Positions 50,033 through 58,263 of a stretch of 64,000 bases of DNA are shown here, one piece after another; the first letter of the stretch is position 1, and each line of letters begins with the position of its first letter. Below the pieces are notes generated by a model. That model worked only from the letters and a program-made list of their open reading frames with translations. It did no database searches and was not told the origin of the DNA. A program made the position numbers and the translations under genes. Location: IMG/VR virus record IMGVR_UViG_3300035670_000062, positions 49,099 to 113,098 of that record; one strand, given 5' to 3'. Source of the stretch: a virus.

Positions 50033-50059
50033 ATTAAAAAACAATCTCATAAAACATAT

Positions 50060-52558
50060 ATGAAAAATACACTTACAGAACAATACAGACTTATTAAAAT
50101 AGGTAAAGGAAATAAAGAAACTTTTTTAAAGGAAGCTAAATCATTATTCCCTAACTTACTTACAAATAGTTCAACATATAATGAAACTGAAAAGATTTTA
50201 AAACAAAAGGGAGTAATATCTGAAAATATTCATAGTTTGAATCCTATTGCATTTCCTACTACTAAAAAAGAATCATATGAAATAGCATTTAGTAAATTCT
50301 TAAAAGAAGCTAAAAAGGAAGAACCTAAAACTGAAACTTACGACAATAAGAATACTAAAAATTCTAATAACTTAATATTCGACCAAATAATGAGAGGATG
50401 TTATGTTGAAGCTAAAGTTGAGAAAAATAAAGACAAGACAATAGATGAAATTAAAGACATTGTTGTTAAAAATTTACAAAAAGATCCTATTTATTATACT
50501 AAAAATGGTGCTTTTGGTGAAGAAGGATTAGGATATGAAACTGAAGTTCCTGGTTTAGGTACTCCAAAAGAGGCTAAAGGTAAGTATAAATCAAGTGGAT
50601 ATGGTGATTTAAAAGAAAATACTACAAGATTATTTTATAGGATTCCTAATGAAATAAAAAATTTAGAAAAATATGGAGTAAAAATTACTATAGACCCTAA
50701 AAATACAGTTTCACCAATTCAAAGAATAGGAGTACCTGTAAATTTAGATGATGAAATATATGATAAAATAGAAGATATTCTATATAGATATAATTTAAAA
50801 CCCAAAAAATATTTTATCACACAAAAAGGCGTAAACGAAAACAAAGACACTGAAATTAAAATAGGAGACATTCTTATTAAAAATGGAAAAAAAGGAAAAG
50901 TTATAAAAGTGATGGATGATATGGTTAATGTTGATTTTGGTAACGGGGATGTTTACGGTATTACTTTAAGTAGAATTAAAGGAAATGAAATAGTAAACGA
51001 AAACAAAGATGCTGAAGTTTATGCTAAGAAAAAAGGTTTTACCACAAAAAAAGGATTAAATGAAAATAATAATTTAAAAGAAGGTAATGATTTTGGTGGA
51101 GCTGGTTTAATAGTTGTGGGTCGTACTCCAATAGATAATGATTTAATAGACCAAGCTGTAGAAGAAAGTGGTTTTTACGGAATATTTAATGCTAGAGAAA
51201 ATTATTGGTTTTTTCCTGAAGGTGAAGAAACAATAGATAGGCTAGAAAATGAATTAGAAACTATTTTTATTAAAAAAGGAATTAATGCTAGATTTGAAGG
51301 TCAATTTAATGAAAATAAAACAAACAATCAACCTAAATTCAAAAAAGGTGACAAAGTAACTTACCTAGGCCATCCAGGTGAAATTACTGCTGTTAATAAA
51401 GAAATGACTGGTGCTATTACATATAATGTTGCTTATAATAAAGGAACAGGTAGAACTAAAGCAACAAACATCTATAACAAAGATGGTGAAATTAAACCTT
51501 TAAATGAATCAAATTCAGAATATTTAGATAAATTATATGATATAATTTTAAAATATGTTAAAGATCCTGACGAAGCAGAACAAGAATTAGATGGATATAT
51601 AAGTCAAGGATGGAGTGGATTTTCAAATATGTTAATGTCTAATCTAAATAAAGATATGGATTTTATATCATTAACCCAACAAGGACATGATAAAGACATT
51701 CAAAGAAGAGAATCTGGATTAAATGAATCATATGGTTCAAATGGTGACTTTGATGGTACTGGTTTAATAGTAGTAGGTCGCACCCAAATAGATAATAATG
51801 AAATTGGAGATGTAATTGAAGATTTAGGTTATTATGGAGTATGGAATTCAAGAGAAGGATATTGGTTTATACAAGAAGATAAACCAACTCTTAGTTATTT
51901 AGAAGCTGATTTAGATGAAGAATTTGCTAAACGAGATATTAATGCTAGATTTGAAGCTCAATTTGGAGAGGATGAAATAGATTACGATGATGAAAATTTC
52001 TCAGACCCCCTAATAGATGGTGAAGAAGATTTATTTGAAAGTAAATGGAGAAAAACACAAAAAGAAAAAATAGTTAAAGAAAATATAAATAAAGAAATTA
52101 CCCAAATTAACAAAGATGCGGAATCAGAAGTTTTAGAAAGTAAATTATCTAAAATAAATGATGCTATTGAAAAAAGGGAATCTAAATTATCTAAAATAAA
52201 TGAAGATGAAGATTTAAAAGGATTAACTGACAATAAAAAAATTAAATCTCTACAAAAGGAAATAAAAACTTTAGAAAAACATAAATCTAAAATCGAGAAA
52301 CAATTAAATAAAGGCTCAAAACAAAACAAACCTAAGGAAATCAATGATGAAATCATAGATGAAACTGAGGGATTGAATTTCGAATATAAAGATTATTTTA
52401 ATTTAAACGAATCGATAGAGGAACAATTATCTTCAACACAAGAATCATTATTTACTTTAATCGAGGATTTATATGATGAATTAGGTAGCATGGATGAAGT
52501 AAAAAAATTAGTTAATTCTGCTTTAAACAACGTCGCTTTAAAATTTGGTGATTATTAA
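50060..52558 (+). CDS. Modular polyprotein-like head-associated protein
   Basis: Many short modules joined at (L/V/F)NE or LKE; duplicated GLIVVGRT..INARFE domain; immediately upstream of the prohead protease. Confidence 0.7.
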   Translation: MKNTLTEQYRLIKIGKGNKETFLKEAKSLFPNLLTNSSTYNETEKILKQKGVISENIHSLNPIAFPTTKKESYEIAFSKFLKEAKKEEPKTETYDNKNTKNSNNLIFDQIMRGCYVEAKVEKNKDKTIDEIKDIVVKNLQKDPIYYTKNGAFGEEGLGYETEVPGLGTPKEAKGKYKSSGYGDLKENTTRLFYRIPNEIKNLEKYGVKITIDPKNTVSPIQRIGVPVNLDDEIYDKIEDILYRYNLKPKKYFITQKGVNENKDTEIKIGDILIKNGKKGKVIKVMDDMVNVDFGNGDVYGITLSRIKGNEIVNENKDAEVYAKKKGFTTKKGLNENNNLKEGNDFGGAGLIVVGRTPIDNDLIDQAVEESGFYGIFNARENYWFFPEGEETIDRLENELETIFIKKGINARFEGQFNENKTNNQPKFKKGDKVTYLGHPGEITAVNKEMTGAITYNVAYNKGTGRTKATNIYNKDGEIKPLNESNSEYLDKLYDIILKYVKDPDEAEQELDGYISQGWSGFSNMLMSNLNKDMDFISLTQQGHDKDIQRRESGLNESYGSNGDFDGTGLIVVGRTQIDNNEIGDVIEDLGYYGVWNSREGYWFIQEDKPTLSYLEADLDEEFAKRDINARFEAQFGEDEIDYDDENFSDPLIDGEEDLFESKWRKTQKEKIVKENINKEITQINKDAESEVLESKLSKINDAIEKRESKLSKINEDEDLKGLTDNKKIKSLQKEIKTLEKHKSKIEKQLNKGSKQNKPKEINDEIIDETEGLNFEYKDYFNLNESIEEQLSSTQESLFTLIEDLYDELGSMDEVKKLVNSALNNVALKFGDY

Positions 52559-52578
52559 ATTAAAATAAATAAAATAAA

Positions 52579-53211
52579 ATGAATAGAACATTATTAATAG
52601 AAACTAATATATTAGTACCTTCATTATTAAAAGAAGAAAATTCTAATAATAATGGAAATATATTCATTGAAGGTATATTAGCTACCTGTGAAGTTGAAAA
52701 TGGAAATGGTAGATATTACCCTAGAGAATTATGGGAGAGAGAAATTAAAATCTTCGAAAATAAAATAAAAGCAGGTTCAACTGAATGCGCAGGGGAATTA
52801 GATCACCCTCAATCAGAAATAATCAATCTAAATAATGTATCTCATGCTATTAGAAAAGTATGGTGGAATGGAGATAAAATTATGGGATTAATAGAAATAT
52901 TCTCAGATCAGGGTCCTAAAGGAACTACAGCAGGAAGAATAGCAGGAGCATTAATTAGAAATAATCTATCAGTAGGTGTAAGTAGTAGAGGGATGGGTTC
53001 ATTAACTGAAGTAAATGGAGTAATGGAAGTTCAAGATGATTTTTCATTATTATGTTGGGATTTAGTATCAAACCCATCAAACCCAAACTCATGGATGAAG
53101 GAATCAAAAGGTTCATTAAATGAATCTAGATTATCTTCAATAGATAAGTATTCTAAAGTAAATTCTATTATAACAGAAATATTATGTTCTAATGGAATGT
53201 GTAAAATTTAA
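52579..53211 (+). CDS. Prohead core protease (T4 gp21-like)
   Basis: NGNGRYYP, GELDHP, VSH, GVSSRGMGS and WDLVSNPS motifs. Confidence 0.95.
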   Translation: MNRTLLIETNILVPSLLKEENSNNNGNIFIEGILATCEVENGNGRYYPRELWEREIKIFENKIKAGSTECAGELDHPQSEIINLNNVSHAIRKVWWNGDKIMGLIEIFSDQGPKGTTAGRIAGALIRNNLSVGVSSRGMGSLTEVNGVMEVQDDFSLLCWDLVSNPSNPNSWMKESKGSLNESRLSSIDKYSKVNSIITEILCSNGMCKI

Positions 53212-53370
53212 AAATATTTTTTTATAAAAAATCGACTTTGATTTTTTTATATATATTTATACTCGTAAAATATACCATCACCCTCATTTATATGGTATTA
53301 TAGACAAAAATCAATAATTACGTTTTTCAAAATAAACGTACTTTCCCAACAATTAATTTAGGAATAAAAA

Positions 53371-54336
53371 ATGGCAAAAAGAGATCTATTCAAAGAAGCT
53401 ATTGCAGAAGCTAAAGCAGTAAAAGAAGTCGCGATTGCAAATGCAAAAATAGCATTAGAAGAAGCTTTCACTCCACATTTAAAATCAATTTTATCACAAC
53501 GTATCCAAGAAATGGAATATGAAGAAGATGAAGAAGAAACAATGAATATGGAAGAAAGTGAAGAAACATTAGACTTATCAGAAATTTTAAAAGAAATTGA
53601 GGATGATGAAGATATTATTGAATCTGAAGAAGAGGAAGATAAAGACATCGCTGAAATTTTAAAAGAAATTGAGGATGAAGTTGATAATGAAATGGAAGAA
53701 GAAGATGAAGAAGATGAAGAAGAAGAAGAATCATTAAATATCGAAGACATGACAGATGAAGATTTAAAAGACTTTATCGAATCAGTAATTAAAGACATGG
53801 TAGCAGCTGGTGAATTAGAACCAAATACTGAAATGGAAGATGATGAAATGGAAGATATGGATGATGAAATTGACTTAGAAATTGAAGATGATGAAACTGA
53901 AGATGAAGAAATTGAAGAAAACAACATCGATTCAGGAGCAGCTCCAAAATCATTTATTAAACAAAACCCTGACTATGTTATGGAGTTAAGAAATGAATTA
54001 AGAGAAGCAAACAAATCATTAATAATATTACGTAGTAAGTTAAATGAAGTTAATTTATTAAATTCAAAATTACTTTATACTAATAAAATTTTCCAATCTA
54101 ATACATTATCAACAAAAGAAAAAACAAGTATATTAGAATCATTTGATAAAGCAACAACAGTAAAAGAAGCAAAATTGGTATTTGAAACTTTGAACGAGGG
54201 TTTAAAAAGTAAAAAACAACCAATTAAAGAATCTTTAAGTATGGCTTCAAAATCAATGGGTTCACAACAAAAACCAAACCAAATAATTAACATAGATCCT
54301 CAAGTCCAAAGATGGAAAAAACTTGCGGGACTATAA
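53371..54336 (+). CDS. Prohead core scaffolding protein
   Basis: Extremely acidic centre with a coiled-coil C-terminus; between protease and major capsid. Confidence 0.8.
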   Translation: MAKRDLFKEAIAEAKAVKEVAIANAKIALEEAFTPHLKSILSQRIQEMEYEEDEEETMNMEESEETLDLSEILKEIEDDEDIIESEEEEDKDIAEILKEIEDEVDNEMEEEDEEDEEEEESLNIEDMTDEDLKDFIESVIKDMVAAGELEPNTEMEDDEMEDMDDEIDLEIEDDETEDEEIEENNIDSGAAPKSFIKQNPDYVMELRNELREANKSLIILRSKLNEVNLLNSKLLYTNKIFQSNTLSTKEKTSILESFDKATTVKEAKLVFETLNEGLKSKKQPIKESLSMASKSMGSQQKPNQIINIDPQVQRWKKLAGL

Positions 54337-54363
54337 ATTAAAAACAAAAACTAAAAACAAACA

Positions 54364-56016
54364 ATGTCACAATTAAATTCATTATTAGAAAGTGCATCTC
54401 AAAGTTTCAAAAATTTGAACAACGATGCAGCTAGACTAGCTAAAAAATGGTCAGCAACAGGTCTATTAGAAGGCCTAAGTAACGAGAACGAAAGAAACAG
54501 TATGTCTATGTTACTTGAAAACCAAGCTAAACAATTAGTATTGGAATCAAACAGTACAAACCAAGGTGGAGCTACCTTTTCAGGAGGTGGTCAAGGTGAA
54601 CAATGGAATGGAATTGCATTACCATTAGTGAGAAAAGTATTTGGACAAATATCTTCCAAAGAATTTGTTTCATTACAAACAATGAACATGCCTTCAGGTC
54701 TTGTATTTTACTTGGATTTCCAGTATGGACAATCAAAAAGACCAAATTTTGGACCTTCAGGAGACGTATTTGCTGAAACTTCATCATTATATGGTAACAC
54801 AAACCCAGGTGCTGCTGCAAACCCAGCAGGAGGTATGTATGGTGCTGGAAGATTTGGTTATTCAATTAATCAATTTAAAGCTACTGTAACTTCAAGTAAC
54901 GTAACTACAAGTTCTGCAGATTGGGTAGATGTTGATTATGATGCTGCTTTATCAGCTTCAATTGCTGCTGGTGATTTGACAAAAATTACTATCCCAATTT
55001 CTGGTTCATTAACTAGACCTGATTTGAAAGGTGTAAGAGCATTTAGTGTGTCTGCTTCTACTGCAAATCCTGCATTCTTATTACCTGCTTACACTTCAAC
55101 TGATGGAACTAACATTACGTTTGTATTTGCTTCAGGTTCAGGTGTAGCTCAAGGTGGTGTAGACGTATACTACAACCAACAACCAGTTGATAACAACAGA
55201 GGTGATTTTGAAGATGTAACAAACGGTGGTTTCCCTAATGCTCAATCTCAAACAGAACTTTCAATCCCATCAATTGATGTGAAAATGAAATCTGAAGCTA
55301 TTGTTGCTAAAACAAGAAAATTAAAAGCACAATGGACACCTGAGTTTGCTCAAGATTTGAATGCATACCAAGCATTAGACGCAGAAGCAGAATTAACTTC
55401 AATCATGAGTGAGTATATTTCAATGGAAATTGACTTAGAAATCTTAGACATGTTGATTCAAGATGCTTCAGGTTTCGATGAATATTGGAATGCTTCAAAC
55501 AACCAACAATTGAATGCTGCTAAAACAGGATACGATAACTTAGGTTTCTATAACACTCAAGGTCAATGGTTCCAAACATTAGGTACTAAATTACAAAAAG
55601 TAAGCAACAAAATCCATACTAAGACTATGAGAGGAGGAGCTAATTTCATGGTAATTAGCCCAACTGTAGCTACAATCATTGAATCAATTCCTGGATTTGC
55701 TTCAAACGCTGATGGTGATGCTGCTAAAAACAAATTTGCATTCGGTATCCAGAAAATGGGTCAAATGAATAGCAGATATGATGTATACAAAAACCCTTAC
55801 ATGTCTGAAAACGTGATTTTAATGGGTTATAGAGGTAGCCAATTCTTGGAAGCTGGTGCGGTATTTGCTCCATATGTTCCATTAATCCAAACACCTTTAG
55901 TATACGATCCAGATACCTTCACTCCAAGAAAAGGTATGTTAACAAGATATGCTAAGAAAATGATAAGACCAGAATATTATGGACGTGTATTCGTTTCTAA
56001 TACTGAGTTAGTTTAA
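54364..56016 (+). CDS. Major capsid protein (T4 gp23-like)
   Basis: KW...LLEG, LLENQ, LPLVRKVF, Q.M..PSGLVF, AKTRKLKAQWT.E.AQDL and APYVPL..F.P.KG..TRY motifs. Confidence 0.97.
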   Translation: MSQLNSLLESASQSFKNLNNDAARLAKKWSATGLLEGLSNENERNSMSMLLENQAKQLVLESNSTNQGGATFSGGGQGEQWNGIALPLVRKVFGQISSKEFVSLQTMNMPSGLVFYLDFQYGQSKRPNFGPSGDVFAETSSLYGNTNPGAAANPAGGMYGAGRFGYSINQFKATVTSSNVTTSSADWVDVDYDAALSASIAAGDLTKITIPISGSLTRPDLKGVRAFSVSASTANPAFLLPAYTSTDGTNITFVFASGSGVAQGGVDVYYNQQPVDNNRGDFEDVTNGGFPNAQSQTELSIPSIDVKMKSEAIVAKTRKLKAQWTPEFAQDLNAYQALDAEAELTSIMSEYISMEIDLEILDMLIQDASGFDEYWNASNNQQLNAAKTGYDNLGFYNTQGQWFQTLGTKLQKVSNKIHTKTMRGGANFMVISPTVATIIESIPGFASNADGDAAKNKFAFGIQKMGQMNSRYDVYKNPYMSENVILMGYRGSQFLEAGAVFAPYVPLIQTPLVYDPDTFTPRKGMLTRYAKKMIRPEYYGRVFVSNTELV

Positions 56017-56042
56017 TCATTTAAAACATAACTGAAAAGAAG

Positions 56043-56071
56043 GAGCCAAGTAAATACTTGGCTCTTTTTTT
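56043..56071 (+). terminator. Rho-independent terminator after the major capsid gene
   Basis: GAGCCAAGT-AAAT-ACTTGGCTC plus T-tract. Confidence 0.85.
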
Positions 56072-56131
56072 ATATGTAAACATTTGGTTACTTTAAAGAA
56101 AATTCATATATTTATAATAAAAAATAACAAA

Positions 56132-56764
56132 ATGAAAAAAAGCGAATTAAGACAACTAATCAAAGAAGAAATCTCTAAAATAAAAGAAATTGATAGCTAT
56201 GGTAAAATAGGAAAACAATACCCAGCCCCAGAGTATGAAGATGAACTTAAAGGGAAACTAACTAATCAAAAAAGATTGTTAAGAAAAAAGATGAGCCAAG
56301 ATAAATTTGCTAAAATAACAAAAGATTTATTTGATGATGCTTCTAAAGGATTAATTTTCATCTCAGACTACCCTAAGGATAATAAATATTCTGCACTTTT
56401 TGTAGATGAAAATAGTAAATATAAAAATCTTTTAACAGGAAAAGAAAATTATGGTTTAAATGATATACCCTATACATATAATAAAGCTTTACCAAAATCC
56501 GAAGCTATTACTCCTCCACATAAATTAGATATAAGGACTTTCCGCAAAATAATTTATGGTGTGCTTACATCTGGCCCTGGCGAGACATTTTACATTACTA
56601 ATTTCCTCCCAGACTCAGTTACTGGTATTGGAGATATGATTCAAGTGGGAAGAGGTGGATATGTAGTAGAAAAATCAAAATTTAAGAGAGAAAGTAGTGA
56701 TTATGGTTTTCCACAAGAATTAGGTAATGGTTTAGCATATGTCCCATTTTTCTTTAGAAATTAA
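56132..56764 (+). CDS. Leader-bearing hypothetical protein (start corrected from 56084)
   Basis: ATG of MKKSELRQLIKEEISKIKE lies downstream of the TATTTATA at 56109. Confidence 0.8.
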   Translation: MKKSELRQLIKEEISKIKEIDSYGKIGKQYPAPEYEDELKGKLTNQKRLLRKKMSQDKFAKITKDLFDDASKGLIFISDYPKDNKYSALFVDENSKYKNLLTGKENYGLNDIPYTYNKALPKSEAITPPHKLDIRTFRKIIYGVLTSGPGETFYITNFLPDSVTGIGDMIQVGRGGYVVEKSKFKRESSDYGFPQELGNGLAYVPFFFRN

Positions 56765-56794
56765 ATAATCATTTAAAACATAACTGAAAAGAAG

Positions 56795-56821
56795 GAGCCA
56801 AGTAAATACTTGGCTCTTTTT
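56795..56821 (+). terminator. Rho-independent terminator (repeat copy 2)
   Basis: Same hairpin as at 56043. Confidence 0.85.
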
Positions 56822-56887
56822 GTCTGTAAATATTTGGTTACTTTAAAGAAAATTCATATATTTATAATAAATAAACAAATAAATACA

Positions 56888-57436
56888 ATGAAAAAAAGCG
56901 AATTAAGACAAATCATCAAAGAAGAGATTTCTAAAGTATTAAATGAGGAAATTGACATATCTACTGAGTTAGTTAAATTTTTCCAAACTAATCCCTTCAC
57001 AAAAGAAAACCAGTGGTCACATGACTATGAAGCTAAAGATTACATTCAAAATGTAATGAATAGACCTTTAACTCCAAAAGAAAAAAGCCAAATTACTAGA
57101 ATGATAAATAAATATCGCGATGATTTTTGGGGAAAAAGTTACAGAGAAGAAAGAGATAAAGAAGATAAAACATCAAAGGAACGTTATTTAAATAATCTTC
57201 TTCCTTTAACTGTAGACAATGGAAGAGGAAGACCAGACAGTACATACTATACTGTAGCTAACACATACTATTATACAGACAACGATGGAAATACATCAAC
57301 TTCCCACATTGACTCTAAAAGTGGATACACTGATTATAAATTAAGAGATAAATGGATAAACACTCCAGTAGACAAAGCAACATTAGACAAATATTGGCAT
57401 CCAGGAACATTAAGAATGATAGGAATAAAAAATTAA
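56888..57436 (+). CDS. Leader-bearing hypothetical protein (start corrected from 56810)
   Basis: ATG of MKKSELRQIIKEEISKVLNE lies downstream of the TATTTATA at 56859. Confidence 0.8.
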   Translation: MKKSELRQIIKEEISKVLNEEIDISTELVKFFQTNPFTKENQWSHDYEAKDYIQNVMNRPLTPKEKSQITRMINKYRDDFWGKSYREERDKEDKTSKERYLNNLLPLTVDNGRGRPDSTYYTVANTYYYTDNDGNTSTSHIDSKSGYTDYKLRDKWINTPVDKATLDKYWHPGTLRMIGIKN

Positions 57437-57466
57437 AATTAAAAATCCTAAGTATAAAATTAAATC

Positions 57467-57494
57467 GAGCCAAGTAAATACTTGGCTTTTTTTT
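57467..57494 (+). terminator. Rho-independent terminator (repeat copy 3)
   Basis: GAGCCAAGTAAATACTTGGCTTTTTTTT. Confidence 0.85.
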
Positions 57495-57553
57495 GTCTGT
57501 AAACATTTAGTTACCCCAAACATTATTCATATATTTATAATAAATAAACATTT

Positions 57554-58249
57554 ATGAGTGATTTCAACAGAACAGAAGAAGCCCAAGAGATTTTCAAAAA
57601 TAAAAGAAAACCAAAGGGACCAATTAAATTCAAGTTAAATTTAAATGAAGAACAAAAACTAGCGAAAGAAGCTATTCTTAACTGTCCTGTAACTTTACTT
57701 AGAGGGATGGCCGGGTCAGGGAAAACTTTAGTCGCATGTCAAATAGCCTTAGATATGCTTTTCAATAAAGAAATCGAAAAAATCATCATCACAAGACCAA
57801 CCGTAGCTAAGGAAGACATTGGTTTTTTACCTGGGGATTTGAAGGATAAGATGGATCCCTGGTTAGCGCCTATATATGCTAATTTAAACATATTATATGA
57901 CAAGGATAAAATCGAAAAATTAGTATCTGAAGAAATGATTGAAATAGTACCATTCGCATTTATGAGGGGTCGTACCTTTTTAAATTCATTTGTTATAGTA
58001 GATGAATGTCAAAATATAACTCATTCTCAAACAGAAATGGTAATTGGAAGATTAGGAAAAGGAGGTAAAATGGTGTTTTGTGGAGATTTATCTCAAGTAG
58101 ATTTAAAAAGCAAGAAAGACTCAGGGATTAGTTTTTTCAATAGATTAGAAGAAAAAAGTAAATATGTAAAAGTAATTACTTTAAAGAAAAACCACAGACA
58201 TGAATGTGTAGAAGATATATTGAAAATATATGAGGAATTTAGAGACTAA
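57554..58249 (+). CDS. phoH: PhoH family ATPase
   Basis: GMAGSGKT, ITRP, IGFLPGDL..K, FMRGRTF, DECQN, RLG and GD..QVDL motifs. Confidence 0.95.
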   Translation: MSDFNRTEEAQEIFKNKRKPKGPIKFKLNLNEEQKLAKEAILNCPVTLLRGMAGSGKTLVACQIALDMLFNKEIEKIIITRPTVAKEDIGFLPGDLKDKMDPWLAPIYANLNILYDKDKIEKLVSEEMIEIVPFAFMRGRTFLNSFVIVDECQNITHSQTEMVIGRLGKGGKMVFCGDLSQVDLKSKKDSGISFFNRLEEKSKYVKVITLKKNHRHECVEDILKIYEEFRD

Positions 58250-58263
58250 ATATTTATAATAAA

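Larger units (their letters stand above)
56014..57549 (+). repeat. Three copies of a terminator-promoter module (from 56014, 56766 and 57467) separating two leader-gene cassettes
   Basis: Copies 1 and 2 are near-identical over ~105 bp and continue into the leader. Copy 3 shares the GAGCCAAGTAAATACTTGGCT hairpin through TTCATATATTTATAATAAA. Confidence 0.95.
638..58258 (+). promoter_or_regulatory. Dispersed putative late-promoter motif TATTTATA(ATAAA)
   Basis: Intergenic copies at 638, 3369, 5970, 7823, 10213, 12414, 13114, 16987, 24546, 27408, 33444, 33777, 43555, 48560, 53254, 56109, 56859, 57532 and 58251, mostly within ~25 nt of a start codon. Confidence 0.8.

Noticed and set aside
45065-56016. 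Introns or inteins in terminase, portal or capsid; tRNA genes
   Set aside because: The ORFs are continuous and of ordinary length with no intein motifs. No intergenic gap shows a tRNA-like pattern by eye, though a tRNAscan run would be needed to be sure.
56084-56887. Track starts at 56084 and 56810 giving shared VTLKKIHIFII extensions
   Set aside because: These are translations of the repeated promoter module. The true starts are the leader ATGs at 56132 and 56888.
56001-56974. 13-bp match TACTGAGTTAGTT between the MCP 3' end and the second cassette
   Set aside because: It is short, lies inside the cargo rather than at a boundary, and is plausible by chance.
56014-57549. Repeats as a CRISPR array
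   Set aside because: Units are ~80-170 bp, separated by whole genes, and contain terminator/promoter signals. No cas operon is present.
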